DNA from: Prochlorococcus sp. AG-355-J09 | GTDB lineage: Bacteria; Cyanobacteriota; Cyanobacteriia; PCC-6307; Cyanobiaceae | DNA length: 64,000 bases | Direction: 5' to 3' | NCBI GenBank assembly: GCA_003278735.1 | Contig: QCDO01000009.1 | Location: 1,060-65,059, forward strand | Shown: positions 34,881-43,904 of the stretch, one piece after another | How positions within the stretch are numbered: the stretch's first letter is position 1 | How the letters are laid out: the number at the start of each line of letters is the position of its first letter | Notes under the pieces: model-generated | Told to the model about the DNA's origin: nothing | What the model saw: the letters and a program-made list of their open reading frames with translations, nothing else | Database searches by the model: none | Made by a program: the position numbers and the translations under genes

Positions 34881-36098
34881 TTAATCACATTTTGGCGCAT
34901 TTTGTTCAATCCATAGCTTTGCTTTATAAATAGCTTCATCAAAATTATTCAATCTCTTATACGCAAGTTCCTTAGAAAGATAATGTAAAAGCTCTCCTAA
35001 TAGAGGACCATCTTTTATTTGAAATTTTTTTTTGATTACATCACCATTAAGTAAGTTTGAAGGATGAAATAATTTATCGTCACTGTCACGCCATCTACGA
35101 AGCCAATCTAATCGTAAATTTTCAGGTAAAAAGAAAATAAAAGATGGAAGAAACATCTCTAATTCTTTATGTAACGCAAATCTATCTGATTCAGTTAATC
35201 GAGTGATATTTTTTTTCTCCAAGAAAAAGTGCCATTTTCGCAATAACTTAGTTTTTGTAATATCAGATTTACTAAATTTCAGTTTCTCTAAAGATAAAAC
35301 ATCTAAAATTTGAGCAATAAAAAATGAAGGTAAAAATTTTTCTTTTTCTTCCTGATTAAGTTCTGCGTAATTAATTTTCTCTAAATCCAAAAAAAAAGAA
35401 TCTTTAGATAAATTATCAGTACCAAATATATTTAATTTTTTTATCGGCAATACTGCATCAAGAGCATTGGCTCCATGGACTATTTTCTGGATTTCATAAT
35501 TAATCCTCTCTTTAGCAACGAGGTATAGTTTCCCTTTATTTTTTGTTATAAAATCAACCAATTTTAAATCGATTTTAAAATTCAATTCTGAAACAAATCG
35601 AAAACATCTTAATATTCGTAAAGGATCATTTAATAAATTTTTTTCAGAATGAGTTCTAAGTAAAGAATCCTCAAGATCCTTAAGACCATTTAATGGATCA
35701 ACCAAACACTTCTTATCAATTAAAAAAGCAATTGAATTAATCGAAAAGTCCCTAGAACATAAATCTCCCTCTATCGTAGATGAAACCTGATTTGCAATAT
35801 CAATATAAATATGATTAATAATAATTCTTACTACTTCTCTTTTTTCATCCAAAATTATAAATTTTGATCCAATATTATCTGCAATCTTTTTCCCAATTTC
35901 AATTGCATTTAAAGGTACAACAATATCAAAATCTACCTTTTCAGTTACTCTTTTCAAAATAATATCTCTTATGTAACCACCAACCAGATATGATCCCTTA
36001 GGTAAAAAACCTAATATTGAATCCAAATTATGAAATCTTATACTTGTTTCTAATTCATCAATTATTAATGTATGATCTGAGAGGATGTTACTTTTCAT
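34881..36098 (-). CDS. tRNA nucleotidyltransferase / poly(A) polymerase family protein
   Basis: 405 aa with the LVGGYIRD nucleotidyltransferase motif and DPLRILRCFRF. Confidence 0.75.
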   Translation of the reverse strand: MKSNILSDHTLIIDELETSIRFHNLDSILGFLPKGSYLVGGYIRDIILKRVTEKVDFDIVVPLNAIEIGKKIADNIGSKFIILDEKREVVRIIINHIYIDIANQVSSTIEGDLCSRDFSINSIAFLIDKKCLVDPLNGLKDLEDSLLRTHSEKNLLNDPLRILRCFRFVSELNFKIDLKLVDFITKNKGKLYLVAKERINYEIQKIVHGANALDAVLPIKKLNIFGTDNLSKDSFFLDLEKINYAELNQEEKEKFLPSFFIAQILDVLSLEKLKFSKSDITKTKLLRKWHFFLEKKNITRLTESDRFALHKELEMFLPSFIFFLPENLRLDWLRRWRDSDDKLFHPSNLLNGDVIKKKFQIKDGPLLGELLHYLSKELAYKRLNNFDEAIYKAKLWIEQNAPKCD

Positions 36099-36112
36099 TT
36101 TATTTATTAATT

Positions 36113-36364
36113 ATGTGCATTTGCATCAACTGTAAATGGGTTGATAGATGTATCACATATCATGATGTTGAGAATAATCATGGTATTGATCATATTTGTG
36201 ATCTACCTGATTTTAAAGCAAAAAAACCATTCATTCATGTCAACATAGTTAAAGACACTAATGGTGATTATAAAACTGATTGGGATGTTCAATCTTGTGC
36301 AAGTTTTGAAAATGAATTTGGTAAATGGTCTAAGTTGAATCCAGGTATGGAATTACCTGTTTAA
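36113..36364 (+). CDS. ycf34: Ycf34 (small Cys-rich Fe-S protein)
   Basis: MCICINCKWVDRCITYH matches the Ycf34 N-terminus. The track ORF starting at 36017 adds 32 implausible residues that overlap the divergent gene. Confidence 0.7.
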   Translation: MCICINCKWVDRCITYHDVENNHGIDHICDLPDFKAKKPFIHVNIVKDTNGDYKTDWDVQSCASFENEFGKWSKLNPGMELPV

Positions 36365-36373
36365 AGGTAATAG

Positions 36374-37027
36374 ATGACAAATAAAATCAATCAAAGAGAA
36401 AATTACTCTACATTAGTGATTCATAGCACAGATAATTCTTTTGGCTTTGGGTATAGAAAAAACAATGACCTAGAATCTGATGAATTATTTTTTAAGAAAT
36501 TTGATAATGACCTTTGCAACAACTTAATAAATGATCTTAACAAGTTCATTTCCAAAGAAAATTTACAAAAAATAAATAAGTTATCTGTCAGTATAGGGCC
36601 AGCAAATTTTAATGCTTCACGACTAATTGTAGTTTTAGCAAGAACCATCTCACAACAAATAAATTGCCCTCTAGACAGTTTTAGTTCATTTGAAATAATG
36701 GCAAAAAGAATTGCATCAAAAAATAATATCTTAATAGACAAAAAATCATTCTGGATTTTCAAAAATTTAAAACGTAAGGGTTTTATTGCAGGTAAATATG
36801 AAATTTGTGGTAACGAAAAAAACTCCTCGGATCTAATCATTCGAGAAACAATCTTACCAAAAGTTGTCAAAGAACTTGATAGTAAAGAACTTTCTTTTGA
36901 AGCTACTTATGATGATAAAAAAGATTTGAAAGAATTATTAGATTTATCAAATAAAAATTTATTAAATTCAACTATAGATTCCTGGAGAAAAGTTTTGCCT
37001 CTTTACCCTATTTCTCCAATTAACTAA
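36374..37027 (+). CDS. TsaB-like protein (inactive glycoprotease homolog, t6A pathway)
   Basis: 217 aa. LSVSIGPANFNASRLIVVLARTISQ resembles the TsaB GPGSFTG.R segment. Confidence 0.55.
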   Translation: MTNKINQRENYSTLVIHSTDNSFGFGYRKNNDLESDELFFKKFDNDLCNNLINDLNKFISKENLQKINKLSVSIGPANFNASRLIVVLARTISQQINCPLDSFSSFEIMAKRIASKNNILIDKKSFWIFKNLKRKGFIAGKYEICGNEKNSSDLIIRETILPKVVKELDSKELSFEATYDDKKDLKELLDLSNKNLLNSTIDSWRKVLPLYPISPIN

Positions 37028-37031
37028 ATAT

Positions 37032-37652
37032 TCATCCAATCAAATTATTAATTTTATCTTGAAGGTGCATTGTTACAGAATTCAGATCATGTCTTGATGA
37101 ACTTTGTGGAGGTTGAACAGGTTTCCCCACTTTAATAACTATTTTTGAAAACAAAGGAATAAAGCATCTAAATCTTATTAGTCTATGTGAATTAACTATT
37201 GCAACAGGCAATAATAATTTTTGATTTTTAAAGGCTAATAATGCTGCACCTTGTTTGGGCTTATTCACTCGACCATTTTTTTGACGAGTGCCATCAATAA
37301 AAATTCCAATACAATTATCATCTGATAATTTCTTACATGCTGTTTTAATTGTGTTTTTATCAGCAATTCCTCTTTTTACAGGATACGCTCCACAAGCCTT
37401 GATAATAAAGCCGAGGAAAGGGATTCTAAAAAGCTCTGCCTTGGCCATAAAAGATATATTGCGTCCAAGGGCATGTCCTAACAGAGGAGGGTCAAGTAAA
37501 GAACCATGATTAGAAACCATGATAAAGGAATCTTTTTGCGGAATATTGTCTCTACCTATTAAATGACCTTTAAATACAAATTTATAAATTGGAAATACAA
37601 AAAGCTTGCTTACTAATTCATAGATTAATTTTTGAATAGTATGATTTTTCAT
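37032..37652 (-). CDS. plsC: 1-acyl-sn-glycerol-3-phosphate acyltransferase
   Basis: 206 aa with the H(X)4D motif NHGSLLD plus FIDGTR. Confidence 0.8.
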   Translation of the reverse strand: MKNHTIQKLIYELVSKLFVFPIYKFVFKGHLIGRDNIPQKDSFIMVSNHGSLLDPPLLGHALGRNISFMAKAELFRIPFLGFIIKACGAYPVKRGIADKNTIKTACKKLSDDNCIGIFIDGTRQKNGRVNKPKQGAALLAFKNQKLLLPVAIVNSHRLIRFRCFIPLFSKIVIKVGKPVQPPQSSSRHDLNSVTMHLQDKINNLIG

Positions 37653-37657
37653 ACAAA

Positions 37658-38554
37658 TTAATAAGATATTTGATCAGAAGATGAAACTTGAGAAATTTTT
37701 ACATCTTTAAGATGTCTTTTTCCTAAACCGCTTAGTACATTAGAAGGGCCAATTTCGACAATATGAAGATCACTATCTTTTGCCATTAAATCCATAGTTT
37801 CTCGCCACCTCACTCCATTACACATTTGCTTTTCTAATCTAATTTTAATCTCGTTTGGATCGCTACACAGTGAAGGTTCATAATTACTTATTACAGGGAA
37901 AGAGGGATTGTTAAATTTAATCTTTTTTAAATACTCACAAAATTTTGATGAAGGTTCATTCATAAATGGCGAATGAAATGCTCCTGAAACATTTAATTTC
38001 AAGAATCTTTTACAAGCAATTTCTCTCGATAAATTATCTAGGGCTTCATTAGATCCTGATAAGACAACTTGTGAAGAGCTATTGTCATTCGCAATGACAA
38101 TATCATCAATTTTTTTCACTAATAAATCAAGCTGATATCTATCAAAACCAATTACTGCTGCCATAGATCCTTTCCCAGCATTGACCATTAATTGAGACCT
38201 TTTTTTTATAAGAGAAACACAATCTTCGAATGAAAAAACATCGGCACAATATAGTGCAGTGATTTCTCCAAGACTATGTCCCGCAACATAAGTTGGTTTA
38301 AACCCATTTTCCTTTAATGCATCTAATAAGATTGATTCAACTAAAAAAAGACAAATTTGTGTATTCCTTGTGTTATTTAAATCAAGAAGAGGATTTGTTG
38401 GTTCAGTATCTAACTCACAAATTTCAAATAAATTCCTCTCAAATATTTCAGATGCATAATTAAACCTCTCTTTTGTATTGGGCAAAGTTTCGATTTGTTT
38501 TGCCATTCCAATTTTTTGCGAACCCTGTCCAGGGAATACCCATGCTACTGTCAT
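37658..38554 (-). CDS. fabD: Malonyl-CoA:ACP transacylase
   Basis: 298 aa with FPGQGSQ and the active site GHSLGE. Confidence 0.9.
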   Translation of the reverse strand: MTVAWVFPGQGSQKIGMAKQIETLPNTKERFNYASEIFERNLFEICELDTEPTNPLLDLNNTRNTQICLFLVESILLDALKENGFKPTYVAGHSLGEITALYCADVFSFEDCVSLIKKRSQLMVNAGKGSMAAVIGFDRYQLDLLVKKIDDIVIANDNSSSQVVLSGSNEALDNLSREIACKRFLKLNVSGAFHSPFMNEPSSKFCEYLKKIKFNNPSFPVISNYEPSLCSDPNEIKIRLEKQMCNGVRWRETMDLMAKDSDLHIVEIGPSNVLSGLGKRHLKDVKISQVSSSDQISY

Positions 38555-38572
38555 AATGTTCCTATTTTGTTT

Positions 38573-39580
38573 TTAACCCCATTTAATTAGGGCTGCACCC
38601 CAACTTAGCCCAGCACCGAAACCACTTGTAGCAATAATATCATTTTGTTTAATTCTATAATCTCTTACAGCCTCATCCATCATTAATGGAATTGTTGCTG
38701 CTGAGGTATTGCCATATTTTTCTAAATTGCTAAGAATCTTTTCTCTGGGAATTTTTAACCTTTCTCCTACAGAATCCAATATTCTTTGATTAGCTTGATG
38801 TAACAAGAGCCAATCAACTTGATCAGAATTATATTTCATTTTTTTCAACAACTTTTGAAGAATTACGGGGACTTCTTTAACTGCGAATTTATAAACTTCC
38901 TGACCATTCATCTGAATTGGAGAAAAACCTCCACTTAAAAAGTCAATTTCATCCACTATTGAATCCTTATTATTTTTTGATGGAAGATTAAGAAAAGAGC
39001 CCCTCCCCCCATCAGTTCTCATATCAAAACCTATAAAATTATCAAATTCATTTGTGGCTTCAATTGCTAATGCACCGGCACCATCTCCAAAGAGAATACA
39101 ACTTCTTCTATCATTCCAATCAACAAAACTTGATAATTGATCTGCTCCAATAACAATAGCCCTTTTAAAACTACCCCCTTTTAAAAATTGTGAGGCTGTT
39201 ATTAAGGCAAATAAAAAGCCACTACAAGCTGCAGTTAAATCAAAAGCTACAGCATTAGCTGCCTTTAATTTAGCTTGAATTGATGGGGCTGATCCAAATA
39301 AATCATGCGGAGTAGAAGTAGCTAAAACAATCAAATCAATCGTTTTAATATCCCAATTAGCCATTTCTATAGCAGTTAGAGCAGCCTTATAACCCATCTC
39401 AGTAACATTATCTTCTACGTTCGAGATTCTTCTCTCAGAAATACCAGTTCTAGATTGTATCCATTCATTGCTTGTATCAACCTTTTGACTAATTTTTTGA
39501 TTGGTTAGGATTTGATCAGGTACATAACTTCCACTTCCCTTGAATGACACTCCAATCTGATTAAAATTTATTCCTTCCAA
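38573..39580 (-). CDS. fabH: 3-oxoacyl-ACP synthase III
   Basis: 335 aa with AACSGF, HQANQRI and GNTSAA. Confidence 0.9.
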   Translation of the reverse strand: MEGINFNQIGVSFKGSGSYVPDQILTNQKISQKVDTSNEWIQSRTGISERRISNVEDNVTEMGYKAALTAIEMANWDIKTIDLIVLATSTPHDLFGSAPSIQAKLKAANAVAFDLTAACSGFLFALITASQFLKGGSFKRAIVIGADQLSSFVDWNDRRSCILFGDGAGALAIEATNEFDNFIGFDMRTDGGRGSFLNLPSKNNKDSIVDEIDFLSGGFSPIQMNGQEVYKFAVKEVPVILQKLLKKMKYNSDQVDWLLLHQANQRILDSVGERLKIPREKILSNLEKYGNTSAATIPLMMDEAVRDYRIKQNDIIATSGFGAGLSWGAALIKWG

Positions 39581-39633
39581 AAGAGTTTTTTAGTTACTTA
39601 TATTAGTCAAACATAAATTTGACTCAATATGTT

Positions 39634-41052
39634 TTATGAATTTAAAACTTGAAGCTTTTGCAGTTGATTTAAATTGTCCATAACACCATGATTCACTGCA
39701 GAGTGGGCCAAGCGAAGAGCACTAACTACTGATAAAGATTTGCTACTTCCATGACCAATAACGCAAATACCATTCACCCCAAGTAATAAAGCTCCTCCAT
39801 GTTCGGCATGATCTAACCTTTTCTTAATTCTGAGTAGATTACTTCTTAAAAAAGCTGAACCAACTTTCCCCCGCCTTCCACGTGGCAGCTCAGATCTCAA
39901 AATATCTAATAGAACTCCTCCCACAGATTCAAGAAATTTCAATAATATATTTCCAGTAAATCCATCACAGACTACTACATCGAAGCTACCTGATAATACA
40001 TCTCGCCCTTCACAATTACCTCCAAAATCAAAACTTTTTTCAGAAGATAATAATTCAAATGTTTTTAGGGATAAATCATTACCTTTGCATTCTTCTTCTC
40101 CAATATTTAGAAGACCTATCCTTGGTTTTTTTACTTGTAAGACATCTTTTGCATAAATGTTACCCAGAAGAGCAAATTGATGCAGATAAGATGGCTTACA
40201 ATCAGTATTTGCACCAACATCTAAAACTAATACAGGGCGAGTTTGATCCCTTGTTGGAAATAATGCTCCTATAGCTGGTCTATCAATCCCTTTCAATCTT
40301 CCAATTCTAAATATGGCAGAAGCCATCATGGCACCTGAATTACCAGCTGAGTAAACAGCTTCAGCTTTATTATTTCTCACTAAGTCCATTGCAACGTTTA
40401 TACTTGCATTTTTCCTTTTTCTGACTGCAGTAGCTTCTTCATTCATCCCAATAGGCTCTCCACTATCAATTAATTCAAGACGATTATTATTAATTTCATT
40501 TTCTAATAATTCTGCTAAACCAGTTTTTTCAGCTGCATCTTTAACTTTTTGAATTTTGCCGACAAACTTTATATTTATTGGGAATCTACTTATTGCTTCG
40601 AGGCAACCTTCTAGAATTGGAACAGGAGCATAATCTCCACCCATACCATCAACTGCGATCCAAATTCTTTTAGATTGAATGTCTTCGACCTTATCTAAAA
40701 TATTATCGCTATTTTGTAATCTTTTTAATGGGTCAAAAACTAATGGCTGTAATGTATTTTTCGCTATTGAGCTAGCATTTGAAACAACACTGCTGGCAGT
40801 ATTCACAACAGATTCAGCGCTTGAAACTACATTGCCCGCAACATTACCTGCAACATTACTAGCAACATTACTAGCAGTGGTCACAACAGAACCAGCACCA
40901 GAAACGACATTACCTGCAACATTACTAGCCGTTGCCGCAGAACTAGCAGCAGTATCTACTATTGAAGTGACAGCCGAATTTCTTTTATACCAAATAACTA
41001 ATCTTCTAATAGCTCTGGACTTGTTAATTTTTTGCGCTGTTTCTTTCCCCAT
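39634..41052 (-). CDS. plsX: Phosphate acyltransferase PlsX with an N-terminal extension of about 128 aa
   Basis: The core begins at IAVDGMGGDYAP. The preceding 128 codons are open in AT-rich DNA and encode a basic head followed by a low-complexity Ala/Ser/Asn/Val repeat region. Confidence 0.85.
   Translation of the reverse strand: MGKETAQKINKSRAIRRLVIWYKRNSAVTSIVDTAASSAATASNVAGNVVSGAGSVVTTASNVASNVAGNVAGNVVSSAESVVNTASSVVSNASSIAKNTLQPLVFDPLKRLQNSDNILDKVEDIQSKRIWIAVDGMGGDYAPVPILEGCLEAISRFPINIKFVGKIQKVKDAAEKTGLAELLENEINNNRLELIDSGEPIGMNEEATAVRKRKNASINVAMDLVRNNKAEAVYSAGNSGAMMASAIFRIGRLKGIDRPAIGALFPTRDQTRPVLVLDVGANTDCKPSYLHQFALLGNIYAKDVLQVKKPRIGLLNIGEEECKGNDLSLKTFELLSSEKSFDFGGNCEGRDVLSGSFDVVVCDGFTGNILLKFLESVGGVLLDILRSELPRGRRGKVGSAFLRSNLLRIKKRLDHAEHGGALLLGVNGICVIGHGSSKSLSVVSALRLAHSAVNHGVMDNLNQLQKLQVLNS
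40841..40929 (-). repeat. Intragenic direct repeats in the plsX 5' region
   Basis: The 23-nt exact repeat acattacctgcaacattactagc occurs at 40841-40863 and 40907-40929. A tandem caacattactag lies at 40851-40874. Confidence 0.8.
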
Positions 41053-41799
41053 TTATTTACCATCAAAAGGAGCAATATCAACAATCCTTTGAAAAAGATA
41101 ACCTGTACCCCTTGCTGTCAAAATTAATTCAGGATTTGCTGGATCAGCTTCAAGTTTTGATCTTAATCTTGATATATGAACATCTACGACTCTCGTGTCT
41201 ACATGTCTCTCGGGGGTATATCCCCAAACTTCTTTCAAGATCTCTCCTCTACTAAATGGCTCTCCTGACCTACTTACCAAAAGCTCTAAGAGACTAAATT
41301 CCATTCCAGTTAATCTTATTCTCTCATCGCTTTTAAAAACTTGTCTTCGATTTGTATCAATTTTAATATCCGTTACCAAAATTAATCCCGAATTAGGCAT
41401 TCCAGGAATTTGTTCTTTGTCGATTCTTCTAAGAACACACCTAATTCTAGCTTCCAATTCCTTTGGGCTGAATGGTTTTACTACATAATCATCAGCCCCT
41501 AATTCTAAACCTGTTATCCTATCTGCGACATCTCCTAATGCAGTTAACATAACAATTGGGACATCAGAATCTTTCCTTAATTCTTGACAAACTCCATAAC
41601 CATCTAGCTTTGGCATCATGACGTCTAGCACTACTAAATCAGGTTCATAATCCTTAAATAACTTTAATGCTTCTTTACCATCACTTGCAGTTACAACTTT
41701 GTAGCCAATCATGGAGAGACGTGTCTCCAGAATTCTTCTAATACTTGCCTCGTCATCTGCGACCAGTATAGTTTCTTTAGTTTGACTAGATAGAGCCAT
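41053..41799 (-). CDS. rpaB: OmpR-family response regulator RpaB (Ycf27)
   Basis: 248 aa with ILVADDEASIRRILETRL..DLVVLDVMMPKLDG..MLTALGDVADRITGLELGADDY. Its stop codon abuts the plsX ATG. Confidence 0.85.
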   Translation of the reverse strand: MALSSQTKETILVADDEASIRRILETRLSMIGYKVVTASDGKEALKLFKDYEPDLVVLDVMMPKLDGYGVCQELRKDSDVPIVMLTALGDVADRITGLELGADDYVVKPFSPKELEARIRCVLRRIDKEQIPGMPNSGLILVTDIKIDTNRRQVFKSDERIRLTGMEFSLLELLVSRSGEPFSRGEILKEVWGYTPERHVDTRVVDVHISRLRSKLEADPANPELILTARGTGYLFQRIVDIAPFDGK

Positions 41800-41906
41800 T
41801 TGTTTCTATTAGCTAATCAGTAAGAGAATTTATTATTAACCTAATCTAACTTGTAGAGGGGCAATATCCCAAACATTCTAGTTCCATTACTTCATTCAGA
41901 AACTTA

Positions 41907-43268
41907 ATGTCTAGCAAATTATCGACTTTTATTTGTCAGAATTGTGGATCTGAAACTTCTCAATACTTTGGGAAATGCCTTAATTGCAACTCATGGAATT
42001 CCATTGTTGAAGAAATAAAAAGTAAGAGCTCTAAATATCAAGAAATAAAAGATATCAAAAACAGTAAAAAATCTATACCATTTAATGAGATCTCATCAAA
42101 AAAAATATCAAGATTCACGAGTGGTTTTACTGAATTTGATAGAGTTCTTGGGGGTGGAATAGTACCTGGATCCGTTGTTTTACTTGGAGGAGAACCAGGG
42201 ATAGGTAAAAGCACAATAGTTCTTCAATCAGCAGGAAAAATATCTCTTAAAGAGAAAGTTTTATACATAACTGCAGAAGAATCTTTAGAACAAGTAAAAA
42301 TTAGATGGGAAAGATTAAATCAAAACAGTATTGATTTAAAAATTTTTGCAGAAACTAATTTATCCCTAATTATTGAAGAGATCAAAAGTGTCAATCCAAG
42401 TTTCGCAATTATTGATAGTATTCAAGCCATCCATAATCATGAAATGCAAAGTTCTCCAGGATCAGTTTCTCAGGTGAGAGCATGTTCGTCTGAATTGCAA
42501 AATCTTGCCAAAGACAATAATATTGCGCTTCTAATAATTGGTCATGTAACCAAAGATGGTGCTTTAGCTGGTCCTAAAACTTTAGAGCATTTAGTTGATA
42601 CAGTAATAAACTTTGAAGGAGATAATATTTCCTCACATAGATTACTAAGAAGTATAAAAAATCGATTTGGATCGACCTTCGAGATTGGAATCTTTGAAAT
42701 GCTTGAAGAGGGTTTACGAGAGATAAAAAACCCAAGTTCAATTTTTACAAATAAAGAAAACATATCAGGTGTAACAACTACGATTACCAATGAAGGTACT
42801 CGACCATTAGCAGTTGATATACAAGCACTGGTAAATAAAACTTTCTACAGCAACCCAAGACGGACTACAACTGGAATAAGCATTAATAGATTGCATCAAA
42901 TCCTAGCTGTTATTGAAAAACACGTAGGGATAAAATTATCTGAATTTGATTGTTATGTAGCTACTGGTGGGGGTTTTGAGATTAATGATCCTTCATCTGA
43001 CTTAGGTGTTGCAATATCAATTTTATCAAGTTTGAAAAATATTCCTCCTTTGGCCAGTAGCTCATTTATTGGTGAATTGGGTTTAAGCGGTCAGGTTAGA
43101 AAATCGAATAACCTTCGAACAAAAATAGAAGAAGCTGTAAGACTAGGGATCAAAAATATCGTAGTGCCAAAACTAGAGGAAGAACTAAATAATAATTTTC
43201 AAAATTTAATAAATATCAAAGAGATATCAAATATTAAAGAAGCAGTTGAATATTCTTTATCAGTTTAA
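41907..43268 (+). CDS. radA: DNA repair protein RadA
   Basis: 453 aa with an N-terminal zinc finger (CQNCG..CLNC), the Walker A motif GGEPGIGKST, the KNRFG motif and a Lon-like C-terminus. Confidence 0.9.
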   Translation: MSSKLSTFICQNCGSETSQYFGKCLNCNSWNSIVEEIKSKSSKYQEIKDIKNSKKSIPFNEISSKKISRFTSGFTEFDRVLGGGIVPGSVVLLGGEPGIGKSTIVLQSAGKISLKEKVLYITAEESLEQVKIRWERLNQNSIDLKIFAETNLSLIIEEIKSVNPSFAIIDSIQAIHNHEMQSSPGSVSQVRACSSELQNLAKDNNIALLIIGHVTKDGALAGPKTLEHLVDTVINFEGDNISSHRLLRSIKNRFGSTFEIGIFEMLEEGLREIKNPSSIFTNKENISGVTTTITNEGTRPLAVDIQALVNKTFYSNPRRTTTGISINRLHQILAVIEKHVGIKLSEFDCYVATGGGFEINDPSSDLGVAISILSSLKNIPPLASSSFIGELGLSGQVRKSNNLRTKIEEAVRLGIKNIVVPKLEEELNNNFQNLINIKEISNIKEAVEYSLSV

Positions 43269-43273
43269 AAAAA

Positions 43274-43795
43274 TTAGAGATACATATCGATTGAACTTCT
43301 TCCTGAGTTTTTCAACCAATTTTCAATATCTAGATAACCACCTGGATATAATCTAACTGCTTTAGACCAGACTTCTGCAGCTTTATCGAACCAAATATCT
43401 CTCTTATCTAAATCACCATTTTGCTCAGCATATCTTCCCCTTTTTTCATAAATCAAACCTATATTTTTAAGGCATGATGGCTGTTTGGGATTTTCTACTA
43501 ATGCTTTTTCATAAGTTTCTATAGACAGATCCTCTTCACCATTACTCATATATATTATGGCCATATTTTTTAAAGTCTCACCTCTATCAATTTTATTTTC
43601 TTCAAGTAGTAAACTCTCTTTGTAATACTCTAATGCTTCCGAATAATCTCCATTATTTTGTGCAGCTAAGCCATCTCTATAATAGATATATGCTTTTTTT
43701 TCTTTCTCTGCAATAGGCATTATTTTTACTATTGATTCAGCAATTACAGTAAAAGCTTTATCGATAAAGTTGTCTCTGTTTTGATTACTAGGCAC
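43274..43795 (-). CDS. ycf3: Photosystem I assembly protein Ycf3 (TPR)
   Basis: A GTG start at 43795 gives 173 aa beginning (M)[16 protein letters not shown], the canonical Ycf3 N-terminus. The 31-aa extension in the track is not Ycf3-like. Confidence 0.85.
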   Translation of the reverse strand: MPSNQNRDNFIDKAFTVIAESIVKIMPIAEKEKKAYIYYRDGLAAQNNGDYSEALEYYKESLLLEENKIDRGETLKNMAIIYMSNGEEDLSIETYEKALVENPKQPSCLKNIGLIYEKRGRYAEQNGDLDKRDIWFDKAAEVWSKAVRLYPGGYLDIENWLKNSGRSSIDMYL

Positions 43796-43904
43796 CTGTC
43801 TAAAACTAATAAAATTAATATAGTAATTTAAAAAATTACTATTTAAAAAGTCTATTACATTTATTATTATAGTTAAAAAATAAGTCAAGCATTAATTTGC
43901 TTCA

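Noticed and set aside
36017-36112. 32-codon N-terminal extension of ycf34 in the ORF track
   Set aside because: Ycf34 proteins begin at MCICINC. The extension overlaps the divergent gene and has a hydrophobic, low-information composition.
40770-41000. Repetitive DNA in plsX, considered as a possible CRISPR or minisatellite
   Set aside because: The repeats are short and irregular, lie entirely inside an open reading frame, and have no spacer architecture. No cas genes occur in the window.
40679-41092. 137-aa plus-strand ORF rich in Thr/Leu/Ala, opposite the 5' end of plsX
   Set aside because: It is the antisense shadow of the low-complexity repeat region of plsX. Repeat codons such as GCA/ACA/TTA read open on both strands, and it extends into rpaB. 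There is no independent coding evidence.
43796-43888. 31-aa N-terminal extension of ycf3 starting at ATG 43888
   Set aside because: Starting at GTG 43795 gives a 173-aa protein with the canonical Ycf3 N-terminus ([12 protein letters not shown]). The extension is Asn/Ile/Phe-rich, AT-driven sequence.
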